Shown here: positions 24,312 through 32,000 of the stretch, one piece after another | Layout of the letters: each line of letters begins with the position of its first letter | Position numbering within the stretch: position 1 is the first letter of the stretch | Assembly: GCA_001430755.1 (NCBI GenBank) | Contig: CP013062.1 | Span: 480,001-512,000 of the forward strand | Source: Candidatus Peribacter riflensis | GTDB lineage: Bacteria; Patescibacteriota; Gracilibacteria; Peribacterales; Peribacteraceae | Reading direction: 5' to 3' | Length of the DNA: 32,000 nucleotides | Notes under the pieces: generated by a model | Databases searched by the model: none | Seen by the model: only the letters and a program-made list of their open reading frames with translations | What the model was told of the DNA's origin: nothing | Translations under genes and position numbers: made by a program

Positions 24312-25379
24312 ATGTTCACCTGTAAAACACTCGGAAATTTGGGCCGGAGGGGGGTGCTCAAAACGCCGCACGGGGTCATCGAAACACCGTTTTTTCTCCC
24401 TGTGGGAACGGCCGGGGCCATGCGCGGCATCACGCACACGGATCTCTTGGACCTGCAGGCGCAGGTCCTCCTCTGCAATACCTACCACCTCCACCTGCAT
24501 CCGGGAGAAGACACCGTGCAACAGGCGGGAGGCCTGCACCGTTATATCGGATGGGAAAAGCCCATCCTCACCGATTCCGGCGGCTACCAGGTTTTTTCTC
24601 TGAGGGGACTTCGACACATCTCTGAGCGTGGAGTCGAGTTCCGCGCACATACCGATGGCAGCAGACATGTTCTGGGTCCACAGGAGGCGACGGAGATCCA
24701 GTGGAAATTCGGATCGGATATCATCATGTGTTTCGACGAGTGCCCGCCCTCCACCGCTTCGCGCCGGGAGATCGAAACGGCGGTGGATCGCACGCTCCGG
24801 TGGGCGAAGATCTGCAAGACGACACACGACCAGCTGAAACAGTCGGCGAACGGGCCGCTTCTGTTCGGCATCGTGCAGGGCGGACTCCATTTCGATCTGC
24901 GCAAGAAGTGTGCTGAAGAGCTCCGTGCCATCGGCTTCGACGGCTACGCACTGGGGGGGCTCGCGGTCGGAGAGAGCGAAGAAGAGATGCTCGGCATTCT
25001 GCGGGAGGTCGCCCCCCTTCTTCCGGAAGAGTATCCCCGCTACCTCATGGGGGTGGGCGTCTTGCACCAGCTTCGGGCCTGCGTCGCACTCGGGATCGAC
25101 ATGTTCGATTGCGTGCTGCCCATGCGCATCGCGCGTCACGGAACGATTCTGCTCTCGGATGGATCAGAGATCCGCATCACCAACGCCGAGTTCAAACAGG
25201 CGCACGTCCCCCTCGATCCTGACTCACCCTCCGACTTGAGCCGCACGCACCTCAAGAGTTACCTGCACCACCTCTTCAAAGTGAATGAGCGCCTGGCCGA
25301 AACCATCGCCTGCAAGCAAAATCTTGGCGTTACGCTCAAAATGATGCGTGACTTGCGCACCAAGATGGATACGCCTTAG
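24312..25379 (+). CDS. tgt: queuine/preQ1 tRNA-ribosyltransferase (tRNA-guanine transglycosylase)
   Basis: GVIETPFFLPVGT, LTDSGGYQ, GLAVGE, YLMGVG and GIDMFDCVLP are all present. ATG 24312 gives the canonical N-terminal length; alternative starts are ATG 24270 and TTG 24261. Confidence 0.9.
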   Translation: MFTCKTLGNLGRRGVLKTPHGVIETPFFLPVGTAGAMRGITHTDLLDLQAQVLLCNTYHLHLHPGEDTVQQAGGLHRYIGWEKPILTDSGGYQVFSLRGLRHISERGVEFRAHTDGSRHVLGPQEATEIQWKFGSDIIMCFDECPPSTASRREIETAVDRTLRWAKICKTTHDQLKQSANGPLLFGIVQGGLHFDLRKKCAEELRAIGFDGYALGGLAVGESEEEMLGILREVAPLLPEEYPRYLMGVGVLHQLRACVALGIDMFDCVLPMRIARHGTILLSDGSEIRITNAEFKQAHVPLDPDSPSDLSRTHLKSYLHHLFKVNERLAETIACKQNLGVTLKMMRDLRTKMDTP

Positions 25380-25690
25380 GCAGAAATTTTAGTAATTTCG
25401 ATCTCCGTGAACCCCTGCCGGTGACCATGGAGTCGGCGGTAGCGCTTGCGGCGGTGCATCTTGTAGACGCGCACTTTATCGCCCTTGCCATGGGCGAGCA
25501 CTTTGGCTTCGACCGTGGAGCCCGACACGTTCGGCGTGCCCACGGCGATGTCATCCTCACCCTTCACAGTGAGCAGCACATCCTTGAATGTGACCGTGCT
25601 CCCCGGCTCGGCATCGAGCGCGGGAACCTTCAGCTTCATCCCCTCTTCCACTTTCTCCTGAAAGCCGGCAATTTTCACAATCACGAACAT
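25376..25690 (-). CDS. rplU: 50S ribosomal protein L21
   Basis: Internal ATG 25690 (MFVIVKIAGFQEKVEEG...) of track ORF 25376..25777. The basic C-terminus KMHRRKRYRRLHGHRQGFTEIEI is typical of L21. Its stop overlaps the convergent tgt stop. Confidence 0.9.
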   Translation of the reverse strand: MFVIVKIAGFQEKVEEGMKLKVPALDAEPGSTVTFKDVLLTVKGEDDIAVGTPNVSGSTVEAKVLAHGKGDKVRVYKMHRRKRYRRLHGHRQGFTEIEITKISA

Positions 25691-26023
25691 GACCGCGGGA
25701 GTGTAAAGAAGGGCGGAACGGAGAGCAAGTCTTATCTCGTCCAGTGTATGGAAGACAGCAGTCTCATCTGCTATCAAGATTTTTATATTCCAAAGTGTTT
25801 CTTTCGGAATGCCCTTCCTGATCCACTCTTCAAATATTCCTCGAAACGACGAGCGGTGAGTCTATGTTGGTCCCGGTACCAGACGCTCGCAAGCTCGCGT
25901 CGGTACGGGACTCATGCCCAGAGCGTCCTCGGCCTTTGAGAGATGGCCTGCCATGAACCGTGTGCCGCATTGTGCGGTAGCACAAAATGCCGAGCACAGC
26001 GAGGCCTGCGGCGCTCTGGTTCA

Positions 26024-26098
<75 letters not shown>

Positions 26099-26470
26099 AC
26101 GTGATGACAAGGGACGAGATGCTCTGTGGATAGAGAAAGAGAAAACCGCGCCAAAGATACCCTCTTTCATCATTTTGTCCAAATCGGCTGTAGGCTGGAA
26201 CATTTTGAAGCAGATGAGCATTCTTAAGCCTGTTTCAGTGCAGGGCATGAGCCTCTCATGAAACCCGGTATTCAATTAGAAATAATGAAACATATTACCG
26301 ATTTGACAATCATGATAAATATTATTAACAAACGATGGATAAGTGGCTACTGAAGTACTCGATCTAACTTTTGACGAATCGTTCATTTAATTGACTTAAC
26401 TACAGTAAAGACTAGCATTCATCCCTTTATGGTTTCTGTCCACTTATCATCTATTTTCCCCACGGTCATT

Positions 26471-29400
26471 ATGGAAAAACGAGAAGCAGCGAAGAAAATC
26501 TTCGCCACGATTGCCCTATTTCTGCTCTTGGTTTCTCAACCGGGGGTGTCTTCGCTCTGGAGCCTCGTTCCGGCCGTCGCCGAAGAGAGCTCGTCTTCTG
26601 AGCAAAGCATGTCTTCAGAGGCGCAGGCTCCTGCGCCGGCAATCGAGCCGCCAATCTTCGATGAATCGCAGGCGGTGCTCATGGCTCCGATCATGCCTTC
26701 GAGCTCTGTGGAATCTGTGCCAAACGTCCAGGCATCTATCGAGGAGGACCAGTCCTCATCCGTCACGAATCAGCCTCAGGCATCTCCTGTCGCTGAGCAG
26801 GTGGTCACTTCCGGAATGCAGGCATTTTCTGCAGGCGGATCGGCGTTTACGTGGCAAATTATCTGTGGGGAATCTGGCAGCAACCGCAACATCGCCTGCA
26901 ATGAAGCCTGCAGTCACTGTTGGAGCGATACCTACTACTTCTGGCGGAAATTTCTGCTGAAGGAAATCGGCTATTTCTACCGTGATAACCATGGAAACCG
27001 CGTGAAAGTGCCGTTCGCAACGGGCCAGAATATCTGCCGTGACGGCACCTCAGCCGTGAGCGGCGGAGGGACCGTTCCGGCCGGCATCACCGTGCTCGGC
27101 ACGTACACCTCGTGGAAGATCAATGATTACACGCATCTCTATACCCTCTACTCCGACACGCATTCAGCCATTGTCTGCCCGCGTGGAGGAAACCGCACCG
27201 ACTACTACTGGGATGACGGCGGAAACCCGGGCACCCACAACGATGGCCGCCTGATCTTCAACTACTCTCCCGCCCCCGCACAGTGCGCGGACGGCATCGA
27301 CAATGACAACGATGGAGCCACCGATACGGCAGATTTCAGCTGCTCCTCAACGACAGACACCGACGAGACCAATCCCAAGGCCCAGTGCCAGGATGGATCG
27401 GATAACGATGGAGACGGCGTTGTAGACGGGCAGGATCCCGGCTGCAGCGGCAACCAGGACAACGACGAGCACAACATCTGTCCCGCAGCCACGCAGACCT
27501 CCACCTGCCACTGCGCCACGAACGCGGACTGCACCGCCCCCGACACCTGCCAGAGCGGCATCTGCCGTCCGGTGACGTACCAGTGTAATGACGGCATTGA
27601 TAACGATAATGACGGGGCAACGGACTTCCCGAATGATTTCAGCTGCTCCTCGGCCACGGACAACGACGAGACGAATCCGAAGGCCCAGTGCCAGGATGGC
27701 GTGGATAACGATCAGGATGGAAAAACCGATGCACAGGATCCCGGGTGCTCCGATGCCCAAGATAATGATGAATGGAACGCATCTTCGTCATCCTCATCCT
27801 CCTCCGTGCCCGGCACTACGCAGTGCAGCGACGGCATCGACAATGATCAGGATGGAAAAATAGATGCGTTGGTCGAGCTGAGCCCGACCAACGGCCAGAC
27901 GCGGGTCTGGAACGCCGACACCGTCGGCATTCGCGCCTTCTACAACCAGAAGGCCGCCGAACGCGGATACACGCAGATTTCCACGAACTGGAACGGGCAG
28001 GGCATGGTGAGCAACGATGCCACCACCGCAGACAAGATCTGCGAGCTGGCGGGATTCAACACAGTCGTCTCCAGAAACTGCTTCGAGTACGGCACGAGCG
28101 GACGCTGTAACTTCTCCAGCTGCGGCGACAACAGTATGGGCGTGTGGAGCACATCTGCCAATAACATGAACATCGTGGGTGCCTGCGGGTACACGTGGCT
28201 GGCTTCCCTCACCTGCCGCGACCGTCTGGCCGCCTGCAGTGACGGCATCGACAACGACGGTGACGGCCAGAAAGATATGGCCGACAGCGGCTGCGCAACG
28301 CCGAACGATGACAGCGAGATCGCCCACGATCCGGACTGCACCGGTCCGAGCGATCCGACCGAGGCACCTGCCTACCAGTGCTCCGACGGCATCGACAATG
28401 ACAACGACGGAGCCACTGATATGAACGACTTCAGCTGTTCTTCACCCACGGATACCGACGAGACGAACCCGAAGGCCCAGTGCCAGGATGGCGTGGATAA
28501 CGATCAGGATGGAAAAACCGATTATCCAAACGATCCGGGCTGCAGCTCAAAACAGGATAATGATGAGTACAATACGAATCCCTACTGCGCCAACAATACG
28601 TCCATGACCGCTCCCGAGATGGCATCTGCCATCACCGCGGGCGCCGTGACCGCAACCTTCACGCAACAGGGTGGTCAGGAGATCATCCACATCAATAACA
28701 CGACAGGCTGCAGGGCGCCGGTGGTGCTGGCCTCGTACAAGGTCTTCATCGCCCCGACGAATCCAGGATGGCTGGATACGCAGGAATTCATCGCAGAATC
28801 CGCAGTGACCAACATCCAGCCGACCGGCACGACGGATATCAGTGTGGCTGTTGCCTCCTGCAAATCTCAGGTGGATCTGTGGTACCAATTCGCCCCGCAC
28901 CAACTGCAAGACAGCGATCCGTATCACAATCCGAATCAGCTTCCCTACGTCATGTTTGCGGCGATGTCCTCGGGCGGTCTCTGTCCTGTTACGACGGCAC
29001 AGTGCTCCGACGGCATCGACAACGATCAAGACGGTGCCACGGATTGGCCATGGGATTTCAGTTGTTCATCCATCGATGACAACGATGAAACATTCCCGAA
29101 GGCCGAGTGTCAGGATGGCATCGACAATGATCAGGATGGAAAGACCGATTACCAGCAGGATCCCGACTGCGGAGGGAACCAGCAAGGAACAGAGGGAACG
29201 CCCCTCCTCACCTGCCCCGGCGGCTCCAATAAGCTCACAATCCTCAGCGGAACGGATACGCTCCTCAATAACGGACAACCGTCCGCGATCACGTGGAGCA
29301 ATCATGCGCTCTGGAACGCCAGTATCCCCGGCGCTTCCTGGCTCTGGTCTTCCTTCTACGTCACCGACCCGACGGTCCAGCAGGATAACCTCCTCGCGAA

Positions 29401-32000
29401 GTCGTTCCAGATCCCCGGCCCCGTCACCGCCACGAAACTGACGGTGGCAGCAGATAACCAATTCCGCGCGGCCATCAACGGGCACCTGTTCAACGGAAAC
29501 TACCACGAAGGGACCTTCCAGAAGGAAATCTCTTACACGAACTCAACGTATTTCCAGCAAGGTGCGAACATCCTTTCTTTCGATGTGAGAAACCTGGGAG
29601 TCGCAGGTTCGACAGCGCAGACAAATCCGGCCGGACTCCTCTACCGGTTGGAAGTGTGCTACCAGCCTACGCCGCCTCCCCAGTGCAGCGACGGCATCGA
29701 CAATGACAACGATGGAGCCACTGATATGAACGACTTCAGCTGTTCTTCACCCACGGACAACGATGAGACGAATCCCAAGGCCCAGTGCCAGGATGGCGTG
29801 GATAACGATCAGGATGGACTTGCAGACTACCCGATGGATCCGGGCTGCAGCGGGAATCAGGATAACGACGAGCGCAACATCTGCCCCGCAGCGACGCAGA
29901 CCTCGACCTGCCGCTGCGCCACGAATGCCGACTGCACCTCACCCGACACCTGCCAGAACGGGTACTGCCGGCCAGTGACGTACCAGTGTAATGACGGTAT
30001 CGACAACGATCAGGACGGCAAGACCGATTACCCGAATGACCCGGACTGCGTGAGCCCGAGTGATAATGACGAAACCGGCTCGATCGGCAGCTGCAACGGG
30101 CAACCGATCAGCCTGACAAGCCTGCCGAATTTGCAATCAATTATCCTACACGAGGATACGACAAACATAGCAACGTATACCTTTGCAAAGAACGATCCCA
30201 AGTTGTTCCAGGACCTCAACCAGAGTCCTACATCCTACGACTTCTCTACGAATGCCGACGAGTACTACGATCTCTACATCAGTAACGCCGATGGTTCGGT
30301 GAATCCAAACGGCAGTTACCTGACAATCGATGATTTCCGCAACAATACGCTTTTGAATGCCCAGGTTGGCCACAACATAGACGCAGTGGAACTCAAGCTC
30401 TCAAGCGGCCCGAGTTTCTACGCAGACAAGGTGGTGAAGGTTGCCATCGGCACAGGCCTCTCCGGCGACTACCTGAACCAGAACGGCTACGCAACAAGGG
30501 CGCTCGGCACACCAAATGCACAGAGTACTCGCCTGGGCGATCAGCATGCGCGCCTGGTGCTCGGGTTCTGCGATGCGCTCCAGAATCTGCCGGCATGTTC
30601 CGATGGCATTGATAATGATGGGGACGGCGCAACCGACTATCCAGGTGACTTCAGTTGCGACTCTCCGACAGACAACGATGAAACGAATCCCAAGGCCCAG
30701 TGCCAGGATGGCATCGACAACGATCAGGATGGACTCATCGACTATCCCAATGATCTTGGATGTTCCAGTGCGCAGGATCAGACCGAGGCCAACACCGATA
30801 TCTGCAGCGCAGACGGCGACATCAGCATGAAAATTTACCTCACACATGTCAGTAATGAAGGGGCTGGGAATACGCAGCCTAAAATCTATCTGACGAACGA
30901 ATCGCTTCCCGTGAATCCAGGACAGACCATTGACCTTGTGCAAAACGGAGTGCCTGTGATCGATGCAATAGAACAATTGAATATCCCGGGGCTCTCGGTA
31001 CAGCGAGGAAATGGATGGGTGCGAATCGGACTGTACGGCAGCCATCCGACACACGAATCCATCGAACGTATGATTGGAGAAATGGTCCTGCTGGGCGCGC
31101 AGGTCACGGCATTTGAAAATGATACGCGAGCCAGCAACCCAGTGGAGCGGCCGCGCAACAACATCCACCGTGGCATTCCAACGGAAGACGAAGTGTATCC
31201 GAATGTCGGAACCAATAATACTGCGTTCTTCCTGACCGTCGACACGGCGAACGACGTCTTCACGATCCGCTACGCACCTGTACTCTGTCCCGCACCGCAG
31301 GCGGATCTCTCGGTGACGAAGAGCGGGCCTTCCTCTGTCGTGGCAGGCAATACGGTCTCGTACACCGTGACCGCGGCAAATGCCGGACCGCATACCGCAA
31401 CGAACGTGGTCATCGCGGATGTGATTCCAGCAGGGCTGACCTTCGATGCAGGGGCCTCGACCCCGGGTTGTATCCTCAACGGAGCAGGCACCAGCGTGCT
31501 GTGCAATAACTTCTCGCTCACGGCCGGGCAGACGCGCACCTTCACCATCGCCTTCACGGTGCCTTCCACGCACCCGTGCGACGGAACGAATATGATCACG
31601 AATCAGGCGACGGTCTCCTCCTCGCAGGGGGATCCGAATGCCGGCAATAACACGAGCACAACGGTGACGACGCCGGTGCAATGTCCCGCCGCACCGAAAG
31701 CGGATCTCTCGATCGTGAAGACGGGACCGAGTTCCGTGCTGCGCGGCGAGGCGATCGCGTACACCGTGACCGTGACGAATGCCGGCCCCACAGACGCCCA
31801 GAACGTGGTGATCACGGATCTGATTCCCACAGGGCTGACCTTCGATGCAGGGGCCTCGACCCCGGGTTGTGTCCTCAACGGAGGCGGAACCAGCGTGCTG
31901 TGCAATAACTTCACCTTGCAGCCCGCGCAGAGCCGCACCTTCACCATCGCCTTCACAACGGCTTCTTCGCTCTCCTGCGGATCGACGATCCGCAACACGG
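26471..32000 (+). CDS. giant secreted/surface repeat protein, 3'-truncated by the window (at least 1,843 codons)
   Basis: My own translation of the frame starting at ATG 26471 finds no stop up to nt 31999. It is absent from the ORF track. The N-terminus MEKREAAKKIFATIALFLLLVSQPGVSS... looks like a signal peptide. All repeat motifs fall in this frame; spot checks at 27284, 27584, 27821, 28235, 29681, 30596, 31301 and 31682 confirm it. Confidence 0.85.
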   Translation, partial: MEKREAAKKIFATIALFLLLVSQPGVSSLWSLVPAVAEESSSSEQSMSSEAQAPAPAIEPPIFDESQAVLMAPIMPSSSVESVPNVQASIEEDQSSSVTNQPQASPVAEQVVTSGMQAFSAGGSAFTWQIICGESGSNRNIACNEACSHCWSDTYYFWRKFLLKEIGYFYRDNHGNRVKVPFATGQNICRDGTSAVSGGGTVPAGITVLGTYTSWKINDYTHLYTLYSDTHSAIVCPRGGNRTDYYWDDGGNPGTHNDGRLIFNYSPAPAQCADGIDNDNDGATDTADFSCSSTTDTDETNPKAQCQDGSDNDGDGVVDGQDPGCSGNQDNDEHNICPAATQTSTCHCATNADCTAPDTCQSGICRPVTYQCNDGIDNDNDGATDFPNDFSCSSATDNDETNPKAQCQDGVDNDQDGKTDAQDPGCSDAQDNDEWNASSSSSSSSVPGTTQCSDGIDNDQDGKIDALVELSPTNGQTRVWNADTVGIRAFYNQKAAERGYTQISTNWNGQGMVSNDATTADKICELAGFNTVVSRNCFEYGTSGRCNFSSCGDNSMGVWSTSANNMNIVGACGYTWLASLTCRDRLAACSDGIDNDGDGQKDMADSGCATPNDDSEIAHDPDCTGPSDPTEAPAYQCSDGIDNDNDGATDMNDFSCSSPTDTDETNPKAQCQDGVDNDQDGKTDYPNDPGCSSKQDNDEYNTNPYCANNTSMTAPEMASAITAGAVTATFTQQGGQEIIHINNTTGCRAPVVLASYKVFIAPTNPGWLDTQEFIAESAVTNIQPTGTTDISVAVASCKSQVDLWYQFAPHQLQDSDPYHNPNQLPYVMFAAMSSGGLCPVTTAQCSDGIDNDQDGATDWPWDFSCSSIDDNDETFPKAECQDGIDNDQDGKTDYQQDPDCGGNQQGTEGTPLLTCPGGSNKLTILSGTDTLLNNGQPSAITWSNHALWNASIPGASWLWSSFYVTDPTVQQDNLLAKSFQIPGPVTATKLTVAADNQFRAAINGHLFNGNYHEGTFQKEISYTNSTYFQQGANILSFDVRNLGVAGSTAQTNPAGLLYRLEVCYQPTPPPQCSDGIDNDNDGATDMNDFSCSSPTDNDETNPKAQCQDGVDNDQDGLADYPMDPGCSGNQDNDERNICPAATQTSTCRCATNADCTSPDTCQNGYCRPVTYQCNDGIDNDQDGKTDYPNDPDCVSPSDNDETGSIGSCNGQPISLTSLPNLQSIILHEDTTNIATYTFAKNDPKLFQDLNQSPTSYDFSTNADEYYDLYISNADGSVNPNGSYLTIDDFRNNTLLNAQVGHNIDAVELKLSSGPSFYADKVVKVAIGTGLSGDYLNQNGYATRALGTPNAQSTRLGDQHARLVLGFCDALQNLPACSDGIDNDGDGATDYPGDFSCDSPTDNDETNPKAQCQDGIDNDQDGLIDYPNDLGCSSAQDQTEANTDICSADGDISMKIYLTHVSNEGAGNTQPKIYLTNESLPVNPGQTIDLVQNGVPVIDAIEQLNIPGLSVQRGNGWVRIGLYGSHPTHESIERMIGEMVLLGAQVTAFENDTRASNPVERPRNNIHRGIPTEDEVYPNVGTNNTAFFLTVDTANDVFTIRYAPVLCPAPQADLSVTKSGPSSVVAGNTVSYTVTAANAGPHTATNVVIADVIPAGLTFDAGASTPGCILNGAGTSVLCNNFSLTAGQTRTFTIAFTVPSTHPCDGTNMITNQATVSSSQGDPNAGNNTSTTVTTPVQCPAAPKADLSIVKTGPSSVLRGEAIAYTVTVTNAGPTDAQNVVITDLIPTGLTFDAGASTPGCVLNGGGTSVLCNNFTLQPAQSRTFTIAFTTASSLSCGSTIRNT
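27281..30772 (+). repeat. array of 15 C-x-DG-x-DND-x-DG-x-x-D motifs within the giant ORF
   Basis: Six double modules read QC(S/A/N)DGIDNDNDGATD..DFSCSS.TD.DETNPKAQCQDG(V/I)DNDQDG..D...DPGC. They start near 27281, 27581, 28376, 28998, 29681 and 30590. Three single motifs lie near 27821, 28232 and 29981. Confidence 0.85.
31289..32000 (+). repeat. tandem DUF11-like domains (period 399 nt) at the end of the visible giant ORF
   Basis: ADLS(V/I)(T/V)K(S/T)GPSSV...YTVT..NAGP..A.NVVI.D.IP.GLTFDAGASTPGC.LNG..TSVLCNNF occurs twice. A 41-nt identical run lies at 31431-31471 and again at 31830-31870. Confidence 0.75.

Noticed and set aside
25691-26023. An SRP (4.5S) RNA, RNase P RNA or tmRNA in the tRNA-rplU spacer
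   Set aside because: The conserved SRP helix-8 motif (GGAAGCAGC with a GNRA loop), the RNase P P4 sequence (GAGGAAAGUCC) and a tRNA-like tmRNA end are all absent.
30401-31681. A 426-aa minus-strand ORF, with the other minus ORFs across 26.5-32 kb in the track
   Set aside because: It is antisense to the in-frame, motif-rich giant + strand ORF. The product is Arg/Cys/His-rich and low in complexity with no motifs, a typical shadow ORF of GC-rich coding DNA.

Overview
This is a gene-dense bacterial chromosome segment, GC-rich at roughly 60% by eye. All family calls come from motif recognition by eye; no BLAST or HMM search was run. Housekeeping genes lie on both strands: a homocysteine S-methyltransferase-domain gene, tspO, pgk, a WecA/TagO-type GT4 phosphotransferase, an M23 peptidase, a tsaE-HD fusion, a ZIP transporter, rarA, miaA, clpP, tgt, rplU and tRNA-Gln(UUG). 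Three things stand out. (1) A single frame is open from ATG 26471 to the window end, at least 1,843 codons. It is absent from the supplied ORF track because it has no stop in the window. It encodes a signal-peptide-bearing, Cys/Asp-rich giant protein with 15 C-x-DG-x-DND-x-DG-x-x-D (putative Ca/metal-binding) motifs, intragenic segmental duplications and DUF11-like tandem domains. (2) A strongly AT-rich island lies at about 4.15-8.0 kb. It carries a type II R-M module whose C5-methyltransferase is split into two overlapping ORFs (the M.AquI-like alpha/beta architecture) and a PD-ExK endonuclease. It also holds a tRNA 3'-end-like fragment and an orphan minus-strand membrane-protein operon that ends in a truncated MazG-like ORF also absent from the track. 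(3) Several small-scale oddities occur. These include 28-nt hairpin (REP-like) repeats at two intergenic sites and telomere-like CCCTAA/CCCTAT tracts with G-quadruplex potential at two sites. The Tgt has all three zinc-site cysteines replaced by serine, and there is a truncated AroE-like ORF. No CRISPR array, rRNA or transposase was seen.
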